A DNA stretch of 64,000 bases from Macrostomum lignano. Its lineage: Eukaryota. Positions within the stretch are counted from its first letter, which is position 1, and every line of letters starts with the position of its first letter. Made by a program: the position numbers and the translations under genes. This document shows positions 35,889 through 47,622 of this stretch, one piece after another. The notes under the pieces were generated by a model that was not told the DNA's origin, ran no database searches, and worked only from the letters and a program-made list of their open reading frames with translations. The stretch covers positions 310,001-374,000 of the forward strand of contig NIVC01000199.1 in NCBI GenBank assembly GCA_002269645.1, written 5' to 3'.

Positions 35889-37058
35889 TTAAAAGTCGCC
35901 CATTGGCAGGTTCCGAAGCATAGCCAACAGGTTGGCATGGCAACCGAGCACCACATCCGGTCGCGGATCCCACAGCAGCCAGAGAACGGCACCGTGCAAA
36001 GACTCCAGGCAGTTGTCACGAACTGCCGACTTGGACACGGGCGGCTCCGTCGACTCCAGGGCGCCGGCAACAAACTCGCCAGCGAATGAGTCGTAGAACC
36101 GGTCGATCAGCTGCTCAAAGCTCCGGCTAGCGTCCGTGAGCACCCGAGAGTCGGCGCTGGTCAGCAACAGAGTGCCGAAATCGCGGCCCAGCTTGCCGAA
36201 ACCGCAAAACTGCCAGTCTATAATGCGCGCTTCGTAAGCGCTGTCGGGTGATGATGATGAAGGGCGCAGCATCAGGTTGGGGTACCAGAGGTCGCCGTGA
36301 ACTAGGCCCAAACTAGGCCAGTCAGTCAAGTCGGCAAGCAGTTTTGTCTCGCAGATCTGCATAAATTCATCCTTCTCTTTGTTTAAATAGGCACTTAACA
36401 GTTCAACATCAGCTTCGGAGACGCTCGGCAACTTTTTCAGTTCGTCGAGCAGTTTTGCGCCAACAATAGTGGACATCTCTAGGCCGGACTCGCTGAGCGG
36501 ATTGGCAAATGGGGTGCCGCCTCCAGCGAACACGTGCTTGTCAAGCTCAAAGTTCAACTGCTGACGGGCCAACCAATAGGCCGCTTGTAGACGGCCGAGG
36601 CCTTCAACTACAGCGGAGAGCTGCTCCACAGACAGAGTGGCGCTGGCCGGTGAAAAGCCCTGAGCTAGCAGATCGTCCATCAGCAATAAAGTGCCGCTGT
36701 TGCTGACGCAGTGCAGGTGACACCGCGGCACAGCTAGGCACAGTCTGCTGCCATTCACCACTCGCTGCAGCACAGGCAGCAAGAAGCCATAAAAAGTGCA
36801 CTCCTGTTTACTGACAGCGTAGCTCATCTCTTGATAGTATCGCTCCATATCGCTCCTGCTAGTGCTGGTGTACTTAGCGTACAGCTTCAGCGATTCCTCA
36901 TCCTTGCTATCGTTCCGTTTATCAACGGTGACCCTGCGTCGGTAGCTAAGTTGGCCATCAACTCCGAAAGTCTCCACTCCGAGGCTGATAGCAGCCTGTT
37001 TGAGGTCAAGAGATTTCGATATGCACGCTTCTAACCAGCTATCTGCCTCGGATTTCAT
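35889..37058 (-). CDS. Intronless choline/ecdysteroid-kinase-like (EcKL/DUF227, APH-fold) protein, 389 aa
   Basis: LVHGDLWYPNLML (Brenner-type motif), IIDWQFCGFG, E..YY and LLMDDL motifs, LGRLQA. Confidence 0.85.
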   Translation of the reverse strand: MKSEADSWLEACISKSLDLKQAAISLGVETFGVDGQLSYRRRVTVDKRNDSKDEESLKLYAKYTSTSRSDMERYYQEMSYAVSKQECTFYGFLLPVLQRVVNGSRLCLAVPRCHLHCVSNSGTLLLMDDLLAQGFSPASATLSVEQLSAVVEGLGRLQAAYWLARQQLNFELDKHVFAGGGTPFANPLSESGLEMSTIVGAKLLDELKKLPSVSEADVELLSAYLNKEKDEFMQICETKLLADLTDWPSLGLVHGDLWYPNLMLRPSSSSPDSAYEARIIDWQFCGFGKLGRDFGTLLLTSADSRVLTDASRSFEQLIDRFYDSFAGEFVAGALESTEPPVSKSAVRDNCLESLHGAVLWLLWDPRPDVVLGCHANLLAMLRNLPMGDF

Positions 37059-38109
37059 TGATGCACTTTTAAATTTTATTTGGCGTTAAAATAACTGGAT
37101 GTCGCTTCAGATTTAGAAGCACGACGAGTGATCCTTGCTCCTTGCCCTTTTGGATTGTGTGTGTGGCTCCGTCTCTTCTTTCTGCTTAGCTATCTAAATT
37201 TTCAATGCCTTCCCTTATAGAGAAATGTACACGCAACAGAATGTACATTGCTAGAGAGCGTACATTGGACCTGGAAATTTCCATTCCTAACTTGCCCGGG
37301 GGTTACAGAAGTTTTAGTCTAGAGTGTACATTCAGTTCTAGTGTGCGTGTGCGTACGCAAGTTCTCGTTTTAAGCGCCACACATTGGTTTCTTTCGATTT
37401 TAAATGCCGTCAACTATTATAAGAAAACAAGGGGGTAATTTTTCTTATCTTATCTTTTATCTATCAAGCTTCACTATAGCATAATAAAATTAACTGGACT
37501 ATTTAAGACGAGTAAAGGCATATATAGCTACGAGTATTTGTGTAGTTGTATTAGTATAAGTTGATAAAGCCGCTATAGCACTGGCCTTTCCTATTGGTCA
37601 AACAAAATGTGTTAAATAGCCTTAACAAAATCGTCAAACAAAAATTACTTAAGTTTCGAGGAAAATCTTTCGGGAAAAATATCATGTCATAAAGAAGTAA
37701 AATATCATATAATCTACTGTGGACATCACAATTTGGAGTTACCGAGCCTCAACAAAGACCTACTCCAATTTGAAAGAAAACCATTGTCATTTAGTTGTGG
37801 CAACTGGGTAACAGGATAGAGGTCTACCGACCGAGGTTTCATATTTCAGGGGGTTGTGGGCCGGGGTCGTTCCAAAAAACCCCAATTTTCACAATGCGGA
37901 AAGACACTGGAGAGGTAGGAGACTTCTCAAATCCGAAATTTCACAACGTCGAAATATCTCTTATCTCTCCTGTGTATTTCGACATTGTGATACTTCGGGT
38001 TTGTACACTCTGTGCTATGGGGGTTGGCCTCAATGGGTGTGAATGGCACCGCACGGCAACCCATATCGACATCGAACCATTAGAGGGTCAATGAAAGGGT
38101 CAGAGACTC

Positions 38110-38299
38110 GAAGCCGCAGGTGGCGCCGTACTCCGGGCACATGTTGGCGATGGTAGCCCGGTCGGCGATGCCAAGGCTGCCCGTGCCAGGGCCAAAAAAT
38201 TCGACAAATTTTCCTACGACGTTTAGACGGCGAAGATGGCTGGTGATGGTCAGTACCAGGTCAGTAGAGGTGGCCAAAGACGACAAGGTGCCGGTGAGT
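38110..38299 (-). CDS. ACO1: ACO1 exon 4, homology breaks off abruptly
   Basis: [11 protein letters not shown]...[12 protein letters not shown]...[19 protein letters not shown], then unrelated ESLTLSLTL*; no good donor site. Confidence 0.88.
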
Positions 38300-38364
38300 C
38301 TGGAGTTCAGTTTCGAATTTGTTATTTGGCTATTATGTTATACTTTGCACGGATCTTGAAGCTA

Positions 38365-38910
38365 ACTCACCTGGATTTCCAGGATACCTCACCTGGATTC
38401 CCAGGATACTTCACCTGGATTCCCAGCATACCTCACCTGGATTTTCAGGATAAAAATTCACCCAGATTCTAATTCACCTGGATTCTACTTCACTTGGATT
38501 CCAATTCACTTGGATTCCAATTCACCTGGATTCCAATTCACCTGGATTCCAATTCACCTGGATTCTACTTCACTTGGATTCCAATTCACTTGGATTCTAA
38601 TTCACCTGGATTCCAATTCACCTGGATTCTAATTCACCTCGATTCTAATTCACCTGGATTCCAATTCACCTGGATTCTACTTCACTTGGATTCCAATTCA
38701 CTTGGATTCAAATTCACCTGGATTCCAATTCACCTGGATTCCAACTCACCTGGATTCTAATTCACCTCGATTCTAATTTACCTGGATTCCAATTCACCTG
38801 GATTCAAATTCACCTGGGTTCTAATTCACCTGGATTTCAATTCACCTCGATTCTAATTCACTTGGATTCCAATTCACCTCGATTCTAATTAACCTGGATT
38901 CTAATTCACG
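38365..38910 (+). repeat. Intronic minisatellite, 16-bp unit AATTCACCTGGATTCC
   Basis: Direct tandem repetition. Confidence 0.95.
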
Positions 38911-38931
38911 CTATTAATTACGCTTGCTCAC

Positions 38932-39281
38932 TTGTATCCAACAACCTCCGGCAGTAGCAGCGACATGGACTGTCCCAGCATGCAGGCCTCAGCCTCGATA
39001 CCGCCAACTCCCCATCCCAGCACGCCGAGACCATTAATCATGGTCGTGTGCGAGTCAGTGCCCACCAACGAATCCGGGAACAGAACCGATTGGTCGGTGA
39101 AAACCAGGCGAGCCAGGTACTCCAGATTGATCTGGTGCACAATGCCGCATCCTGGAGGTACAATTAGCAAATTGCGAAAAGCTTTGGAGCCCCATTTCAA
39201 GAAACGGAAGCGCTCCTGATTGCGCTCAAACTCCAGGGCCTGGTTGCGCTCCAGAGCTTCGGTGGTTCGGTTGAAATCAAC
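38932..39281 (-). CDS. ACO1: ACO1 exon 3
   Basis: [15 protein letters not shown]...[10 protein letters not shown]...[18 protein letters not shown]...EAEACMLGQ. Confidence 0.95.
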
Positions 39282-39364
39282 CTGCGAAATTGAAAAACAA
39301 TACTATTAGATTTAGTTAAAGTACATTTCTTGTCAGCTTACTACTGTTCTTTCAGTTCTCACTC

Positions 39365-39960
39365 CAATTATTTCGTGTTTTTATCGCTCCAGCTCTCTCT
39401 CCTTTATCGATTATTTCGTGTTTTTATCGCTCCAGCTTTCTCTTCTTTATCGATTATTTCGTGTTTTTATCGCTCCAGCTCTCTCTAGTATCGATTATTT
39501 CGTGTTTTTATCGCTCCAGCTCTCTCTAGTATCGATTATTTCGTGTTTTTTATCGCTCCAGCTCTCTATGGTGTCATTATTTCGTGTTTTTTGCTCCAGC
39601 TCTCTCTCTTATCGATTATTTCGTGTTTTTTATCGCTCCAGCTCTCTCTGGTGTCATTATTTCGTGTTTTTTGCTCCAGCTCTCTCTCTTATCGATTATT
39701 TTTGTTTTTTTATTGCTTTAGCTGTCTCTCTTATAGATCATTGATTGTTTTTTATCGTTTCAGCTCTCTCTAGCATCAATTATTTCGTGTTTTTATCGCT
39801 CCAGCTCTCTCTCCTTTATCGATTATTTCGTGTTTTTATCGCTTCAGCTCTCTCTAGTATCGATTATTTCGTGTTTTTATCGCTCCAGCTCTCTCTCTTA
39901 TTGATTATTTATTGTTTCTTATCGCCCCCAGTTTGACTCTCATCGATTATTTCGTGTTTC
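39365..39960 (+). repeat. Intronic minisatellite, ~40-bp unit TCGATTATTTCGTGTTTTTATCGCTCCAGCTCTCTCT..
   Basis: Direct tandem repetition. Confidence 0.93.
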
Positions 39961-40614
39961 ATCGCAAAAGCTCTTTTTTTCATCTTCTAATTCGTGTTTT
40001 TATTTCCTATATACTAAAAATGGTCTGTCTGTGTCTATGTGATCGATTAGAGAAAAAATGGCTGTACCGATTTTGTTCGAACTTGCACTGTTCGATCAGA
40101 AATTTTCCCGTGACTGTACATGCATCGTGGCTAAGAAATTTCTTGATGCTAAAGGCATTAAATATTCGAAAAACATGCTTTTTTGCAAAGGTCAAGCAAA
40201 CTTTTCGACTTGAAATGCATTGTAAGAATGCTAGAGAAAAAACTGACTGGTTGAATTCTGATTCTGAAATAGATTGCATCATAACTGAATTGTAACTCCG
40301 ACTTGAATTGAAAATGCAGTGTGGAAGCGTAGCACCAGACTTGATTTAGATTGCGTAACCATATTGTTAACTGATACTGACTGACTGAGAAACTGATTAT
40401 GTCATAACTGCTTCGTGTGATTTACTCTATGCTTGGATTTTAGAGTGTTGAATTATATAAGTGCAAAATTTGATGTTATCAAAACGATGAGAGCTAGCCT
40501 AGAGGTGAACAAACTGAACTGTTAAATGCAGCGACGATGGTTCGAATTTTCATAGAGTATAATTTTTTAATTAAAGCTTTTCAACGTCAGGAAAACTAAA
40601 AGACTTTTTAAAAA

Positions 40615-43070
40615 GAATCGTCATGTAAAAATCATAGAAGCGTCATGTAAAAAATCATAAAAGCGTCATGTAAAAAATCTTAGAAGCGTCATGTAAACAA
40701 TCATAGAAGCGTCATGTAAACAATCATAGAAGCGTCATGTAAACAATCATAGAAGCGTCATGTAAACTATCATAGAAGCGCCATGTAAAAAATCATAGAA
40801 GCGTCATGTAAACAATCATAGAAGCGTCATGAAAACAATCATAAAAGCGTCATGTAAAAAATCGTAGAAGCGTCATGTAAAAAATCTTAGAAGCGTCATG
40901 TAAACAATCATAGAAGCGTCATGTAAACAATCATAGAAGCGTCATGTAAACAATCATAGAAGCGTCATGTAAACAATCATAGAAGCGTCATGTAAACAAT
41001 CATAGAAGCGCCATGTAAAAAATCATAGAAGCGTCATGTAAACAATCATAGAAGCGTCATGTAAACAATCATAGAAGCGTCATGTAAAAGATCATAGAAG
41101 CGTCATATAAAAATCGTAGAAGCGTCATGTAAACAATCATAAAAGCGTCATGTAAGCTATCGTAGAAGCGTAATGTAAAAAATCTTAGAAGCGTCATGTA
41201 AACAATCATAGAAGCGTCATGAAAACAATCATAGAAGCGTCATGTAAAAAATCGTAGAAGCGTCATGTAAAAAATCTTAGAAGCGTCATGTAAACAATCA
41301 TAGAAGCGTCATGTAAACAATCATAGAAGCGTCATGTAAACAATCATACAAGCGCCATGTAAAAAATCATAGAAGCGTCATGTAAGCAATCATAGAAGCG
41401 TCATGTAAACAATCATAGAAGCGTCATGCAAAAAATCATAGAAGCGTCATATAAAAATCGTAGAAGCGTCATGTAAACAATCATAAAAGCGTCATGTAAA
41501 CAATCTTAGAAGCGTCATGTAAACAATCATACAAGCGCCATGTAAAAAATCATAGAAGCGTCATGTAAGCAATCATAGAAGCGTCATGTAAAAAATCATA
41601 GAAGCGTCATGTAAAAAATCATAGAAGCGTCATATAAAAATCTTAGAAGCGTCATGTAAACAATCATAGAAGCGTCATGTAAACAATCATAGAAGCGTCA
41701 TGTAAACAATCATACAAGCGCCATGTAAAAAATCATAGAAGCGTCATGTAAGCAATCATAGAAGCGTCATGTAAAAAATCATAGAAGCGTCATGTAAAAA
41801 ATCATAGAAGCGTCATATAAAAATCGTAGAAGCGTCATGTAAACAATCATAAAAGCGTCATGTAAAAAATCTTAGAAGCGTCATGTAAACAATCATAGAA
41901 GCGTCATGTAAACAATCATAGAAGCGTCATGTAAAAAATCGTAGAAGCGTCATGTAAAAAATCTTAGAAGCGTCATGTGAACAATCATAGAAGCGTCATG
42001 TAAACAATCATAGAAGCGTCATGTAAACAATCATAGAAGCGCCATGTAAAAAATCATAGAAGCGTCATGTAAACAATCATAGAAGCGTCATGTAAACAAT
42101 CATAGAAGCGTCATGCAAACAATCATAGAAGCGTCATGTAAAAAATCATAGAAGCGTCATGTAAAAAATCATAGAAGCGTCATGTAAACAATCATAGAAG
42201 CGTCATGTAAAAAATCATAGAAGCGTACTGTAAACAATCATAGAAGCGTCATGGAAACAATCATAGAAGCGTCATGTAAACAATCATAGAAACGTCATAT
42301 AAAAATCATAGAAGCGTCATGTAAACAATCATAGAAGCGCCATGTAAACAATCATAGAAGCGTCATATAAAAATCGTAGAAGCGTCATGTAAACAATCAT
42401 AGAAGCGTCATGTAAAAAATCATAGAAGCGTCATGTAAACAATCATAGAAGCGTCATGTAAACAATCATAGAAGCGTCATGTAAACAATCATAGAAGCGT
42501 CATGTAAAAAATCATAGAAGCGTCATGTAAAAAATCATAGAAGCGTCATGTAAAAAGTCATAGAAGCGTCATGTAAACAATCATAGAAGCGTCATGTAAA
42601 CAATCATAGAAGCGTCATGTAAAAAATCATAGAAGCGTACTGTAAACAATCATAGAAGCGTCATGTAAACAATCATAGAAGCGTCATGTAAACAATCATA
42701 GAAACGTCATATAAAACTCATAGAAGCGTCATGTAAACAATCATAGAAGCGTCATGTAAAAAATCATAGAAGCGTCATGTAAAAAATCATAGAAGCGTCA
42801 TGTAAACAATCATAGAAGCGTACTGTAAAAAATCATAGAAGCGTCATGTAAACAATCATAGAAGCGTCATGTAAACAATCATAGAAACGTCATATAAAAA
42901 TCATAGAAGCGTCATGTAAACAATCATAGAAGTGTCATGTAAAAAATCATAGAAACGTCATATAAAAATCATAGAAGCGTCATGTAAACAATCATAGAAG
43001 TGTCATGTAAAAAATCATAGAAGCGTCATGTAAAAATCATAGAAGCGTCAAGAAAAAATCATAGAAGCCT
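40615..43070 (+). repeat. Intronic satellite, 23-bp unit TAGAAGCGTCATGTAAACAATCA (~2.4 kb)
   Basis: Direct tandem repetition in ACO1 intron 2. Confidence 0.98.
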
Positions 43071-43974
43071 CATTTAAAAACTAATGAAAGTGTCATTTAA
43101 AAAATTAAGAAGCGTCACGGTAGAATAAAAGAAACGTCATGTCAGACATGAAGGGTTCATGTAAAAATTAAATGCAACTATAATGCTGTGCTGGGGAGAA
43201 AAACTGAGACGTCAAGGCTCTCAGAGAATAACTGAGATTACGGGGGGGGGGTTTCTGAGATGTCAAAGCAAAAGTCAGAAGCTACTTCAAAGTTCATGTA
43301 CTTTACTCCATTTTTTATTGCATTCTTTGTTGGCTCGTCACGGGGGGGGGGCGCTGATAGAAGAAAAGTCATGTAAAAAATAAAAGTAGCACTATGTATA
43401 CATAAAAGAAAAGTCATGTCGAAGTTAAAAGATTCATTTGGGAATTGCTACGATGTCAAAGCTTGGTGGAAATCGTTATAGTGCTGTGATTCTTAAAGAA
43501 GGAATCACTAAAATGTTAAGGCTTAGGGGAGAAGAATTGCTGAGATTTCAAGGCTTTAGGTTGGGTTAAAGTTAGGTTTAGGTCAGGTGTGGGTTGAGGG
43601 TTATATTTTATCGGGTTTCAAGGTTAACAGGGGATTTTTTAGATTTCAAGGTTTATGGGGGCCATTGCTGACATGTCAAGGCTTACGGGGGGAATAGCTG
43701 AGATGTCAAGGCTCACGGGGTATAAATGAGATTTCAAGGCTAAAGTCAGAAGCTACATGTAGTTTATTGAAAACTTTTTATTACATTATTTGATGCCTCC
43801 TCAGGGGAGGGATCGCTGATAAAAAAGCGTAATGTAAAAAATAAAAGAAGCTTCATGTCGAAGTTAAGAGATTCATTTGGGAATCCCTACGATGTTGAGG
43901 CTTGCAAGGAATCGCTATAATGCTGTAGTAGTGCTATAATGACTCTTAGGGAGAATTACTGAAATTTCAATGCT

Positions 43975-44060
43975 TTAGGGTTAGGTTAGGGTTAGGGTTA
44001 GGGTTAGGGTTAGGGTTAGGGTTAGGGTTAGGGTTAGGGTTAGGCTAGGGTTAGGGTTAG
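43975..44060 (+). repeat. Interstitial telomeric tract (TTAGGG)n, ~13 units
   Basis: Direct; embedded in a diverged ~450-500-bp duplicated unit. Confidence 0.93.
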
Positions 44061-44317
44061 AAGGTTGACAGATATTTTTAGATTTCCAAGGCTTATTGGG
44101 GGCATTGCTGAGATGTCAAGGGGGGAAGTTGATATGTTAAAGCTTGTGGGGGGGATAACTGACATGTCAAGGCTTACAAGGTTTGACAGGAGATTTTTTA
44201 AGATTTCAAGGATACATGTAGCTTATTAAAAAAACGTGTATTGCATTTCTTTGGCTCCCCAACGGGGGGCGTAGATTGCTAGTCTAATCTATAACTCATT
44301 TTTCTGTTTCACCGTAC

Positions 44318-44542
44318 CTGAATAGAATGGTCGATAACCAAGTCAGCTGGGCATTGCGGATTAATCTTTTGCGGATCGCCGCCAAGCGATTTTACGGCGT
44401 CGCGCATCGCGGCGAAATCGACAACAGCCGGCACTCCGGTAAAGTCCTGCAGCAGCACTCTGGCCGGCTTGAAGGGCACCTCCACAGCATCGGCGGCGGC
44501 TGGCGACCAGGAAGCCACCTTTTCTACGTCTGCCTGCGACAC
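44318..44542 (-). CDS. ACO1: ACO1 exon 2
   Basis: [30 protein letters not shown]...[11 protein letters not shown]. Confidence 0.95.
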
Positions 44543-44649
44543 CTGTAGTGATAAATAATGCATTTAGACTACGTGAGTAATTTCTCGCGAGAAAGAAAGA
44601 TTCTTTTTCGTCTTTTTTTCTAAATGAAAGCCAAAATGGCCCCGAAATG

Positions 44650-45620
44650 GAAGCTGAGAGCGCCAAAATGAAAGCTGAGAGCGCCAAAATGAAAGCTGAG
44701 AGCGCCAAAATGAAAGCTGAGAGCGCCAAAATGAAAGCTGAGAGCGCCAAAATGAAAGCTGAGAGCGCCAAAATGAAAGCCGAGGGCGCCAAAATGAAAG
44801 CTGAGAGCGCCAAAATGAAAGCCGAGGGCGCCAAAATGAAAGCCGAGGGCGCCAAAATGAAAGCCGAGGGCGCCAAAATGAAAGCCGAGGGCGCCAAAAT
44901 GAAAGCCGAGGGCGCCAAAATGAAAGCCGAGAGCGCCCAAATGAAAGCTGAAAGCACCCAAATGAAAGTTGAGAGTGCAAAATGAAAGCTGAGAGCGCCA
45001 AAATGAAAGCTGAGAGCGCCAAAATGAAAGCCGAGGGCGCCAAAATGAAAGCTGAGAGCGCCAAAATGAAAGCCGAGGGCGCCAAAATGAAAGCCGAGGG
45101 CGCCAAAATGAAAGCCGAGAGCGCCCAAATGAAAGCTGAAAGCACCCAAATGAAAGTTGAGAGTGCAAAATGAAAGCTGAGAGCGCCAAAATGAAAGCTG
45201 AGAGCGCCAAAATGAAAGTCGAGAGCGCCAAAATGAAAGCTGAGAGCGCCAAAATGAAAGCCGAGGGCGCCAAAATGAAAGCCGAGGGCGCCAAAATGAA
45301 AGCCGAGGGCGCCAAAATGAAAGCCGAGGGCGCCAAAATGAAAGCCGAGGGCGCCAAAATGAAAGCCGAGGGCGCCAAAATGAAAGCCGAGAGCGCCCAA
45401 ATGAAAGCTGAAAGCACCCAAATGAAAGTTGAGAGTGCAAAATGAAAGCTGAGAGCGCCAAAATGAAAGCTGAGAGCGCCAAAATGAAAGTCGAGAGCGC
45501 CAAAATGAAAGCTGAGAGCGCCAAAATGAAAGCCGAGGGCGCCAAAATGAAAGCCGAGGGCGCCAAAATGAAAGCCGAGGGCGCCAAAATGAAAGCCGAG
45601 GGCGCCAAAATGAAAGCCGA
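44650..45620 (+). repeat. Intronic minisatellite, 21-bp unit GAAAGCTGAGAGCGCCAAAAT, with higher-order blocks
   Basis: Direct; the variant block ...CCCAAATGAAAGCTGAAAGCACCCAAATGAAAGTTGAGAGTGCAAA recurs three times. Confidence 0.96.
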
Positions 45621-45860
45621 AATTAGGTTTAACTGAGTTTTAAAATCTTTCCTCCTGCACTCATGTTCTGCACCAAGCAAAACAATCAAACAAGGATAGG
45701 CCTAGCCGTGTGCGGGTTAAACTTCTCACTTTTCCGTCCTTAACTTTCCACACCTGGCTTTAAATTTGTCCCGAGCTATCATCCCCGAGATCTGGGACCA
45801 CGTGATGAAAATGAAACATTTTGAAATTCGCTTCCCGGGGTATAGGTGAGTTGTTCTCAC

Positions 45861-46004
45861 CTGGAAGCCATCGCAATTGCGAGCAGCACTCTCCAACAAA
45901 ACTCGAATAGAGAATGGCAGTCGTTTTAGTCGATCCTCGCCGATCTGTCCAATGTCGTGGTAAGTGTAGGTCTTACCGCCGTGTTGTAGCGTTGCCTTGT
46001 ACAT
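45861..46004 (-). CDS. ACO1: ACO1 exon 1
   Basis: MYKATL...RLPFSIRVLLESAARNCDGFQ; donor CAG|GTGAGA. Confidence 0.9.
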
Positions 46005-46740
46005 TTCAAGTCTTTGGGGTTTAAAACTTCGTTAATCTGTACTGGGGTGCCAATTTGCGAATGAGAATAAACGGTGCAAACAGTTTGCTTTAGCGATTCT
46101 AACTTGAACAGTGTGGCAATTAGTAAATTTTGGGTTTATCTAATATCCAATAAGATTTGCGCGCATTTTAAGCAAGTAGAGACTAAGTCGTTAAGAGATA
46201 TGAAATGGAATTAGGAAATTTCCACGCGCTGAGCTAAGTACGGATTGGTCAAAGTACAGTTAGTCTCATGTATGCAGAACAGGAGACATTTCAGTCTCCT
46301 TCCTTCGCGCACGGTTGGAAAGAAATTTCAAGAGTAATGTACATTCATCATGTACATTCATTCTTCACTGTGTTCTTAACTTTTTTCCAAACCCTTCTTG
46401 GCCTTGGGGGCCCCCCATGGATTCTCTCATCTAAAGTCTTCCATTGGAGGGTAGTTCTATTTATAGAATCGTTGGACCTTGCCCCATGGGTGGCTTGTTT
46501 TCCCACCGTTAAGGCGGGGGGAGGGCTGACTCACTCAGTTCGTATGCTTGCTTTAAAATCTGTATATGTACATTCACAATTTCAGACCCAGTTTTTACTC
46601 CCCGTCAACCCTCAACTTCTTTCCCTTCAAATGACAGAGAAGCGAAATAGCCATAGTCACTCTGAACTCCACAGTCTCGCTAGCTTTCCCAGCTTAGCGT
46701 CTTGCCAGATTTTGCCTGTTGTTCTGCAATCCGCACCAAA

Positions 46741-47562
46741 ATGCCATGCAAGTGCACCGTAGCTGGTTGCAAGTCTGGCTACGACTCGCACGTAACTCCG
46801 GCGAGCGTGTCCTTTCACAAGTTCCCTACGGACCAAGGCGTTCTAGCGCAATGGCTGCAACAAATGTCTAGGGAGCCGACATACCAGCCTGGCAAGCAGA
46901 CTCGAGTCTGCTCGTTGCACTTTCTCGAGTCCGACTTTGTCACGGAGAGTCAGGACACCAACGCGCGAAGGAAGAGGAAAAAGTCTGGCTACACGCACGA
47001 GCCTGTCATTCTGTCCAACCGGAGACTGAAACGGGAAGCGGTCCCCACCCAATTCGGTGATGTTGGCGGTGCCAAGGCTTCGCAGGCGAAGCTTAAATCC
47101 AAGTGTAAGTCTACGTCTACTAGCCCTACTAAGTCTAATTCAACAATTAAGAAGAGCGCGAAAAAGTGCAAGAAAGTCAAGCCTCTGCCTCTTCGACGTC
47201 GCCAGCCCAACGCCATCACAGAATCCGTGTTTCAAGAACATATGGAGCTCTTCAATGCTAGCTCAATTGATAAGTTCGGCGATTTAGTGCAGAAATTTGA
47301 GGACAGACGCAAGAGCAGCAAACCGGCTGGATTTGCCACGCTTTTAACTGACAGCAGCTTCAACATCATGCAGATCTCAGTTGGACCGCCTCCGTCTGTT
47401 CAGAACAGCATTGTTGTCAGCCGGCAGCTGGAAGTGACTGTGTACCGCGGACCGGAGCGGTTGCTGCCGTCGGAGTACCAGCACATCGTACCAGCGGATG
47501 AGCTGCTCAATTCAGTTGAACAGCTCAATGGTCTCATGACGTTTGTTAAGTCTCACGACTGA
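46741..47562 (+). CDS. THAP-domain (C2CH zinc finger) protein, intronless; resembles the N-terminus of P-element/THAP9-type transposases without a catalytic domain
   Basis: MPCKCTVAGC...SFHKFP...W...RVCSLHF...DF...LKREAVPT (complete THAP consensus). Confidence 0.88.
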   Translation: MPCKCTVAGCKSGYDSHVTPASVSFHKFPTDQGVLAQWLQQMSREPTYQPGKQTRVCSLHFLESDFVTESQDTNARRKRKKSGYTHEPVILSNRRLKREAVPTQFGDVGGAKASQAKLKSKCKSTSTSPTKSNSTIKKSAKKCKKVKPLPLRRRQPNAITESVFQEHMELFNASSIDKFGDLVQKFEDRRKSSKPAGFATLLTDSSFNIMQISVGPPPSVQNSIVVSRQLEVTVYRGPERLLPSEYQHIVPADELLNSVEQLNGLMTFVKSHD

Positions 47563-47622
47563 TTCGCGTATAGACAAGGAGTCGGACTACTGGAGGTTTT
47601 CATTTTATCGTTCTGTTACATC

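Larger units (their letters stand above)
32229..46004 (-). pseudogene. ACO1: Cytosolic aconitase/IRP1 gene model lacking its central ~365 codons (pseudogene, split gene or assembly break)
   Basis: Six exons give ~303 N-terminal and ~220 C-terminal codons collinear with ACO1; the segment containing AITSCTNTS and GYGCMTCIGN (Fe-S cysteines) is not found between them. Confidence 0.75.

Noticed and set aside
46004-46300. Iron-responsive element near ACO1
   Set aside because: I did not find a CAGWGH-loop hairpin by eye upstream of the ATG; this was not an exhaustive search.
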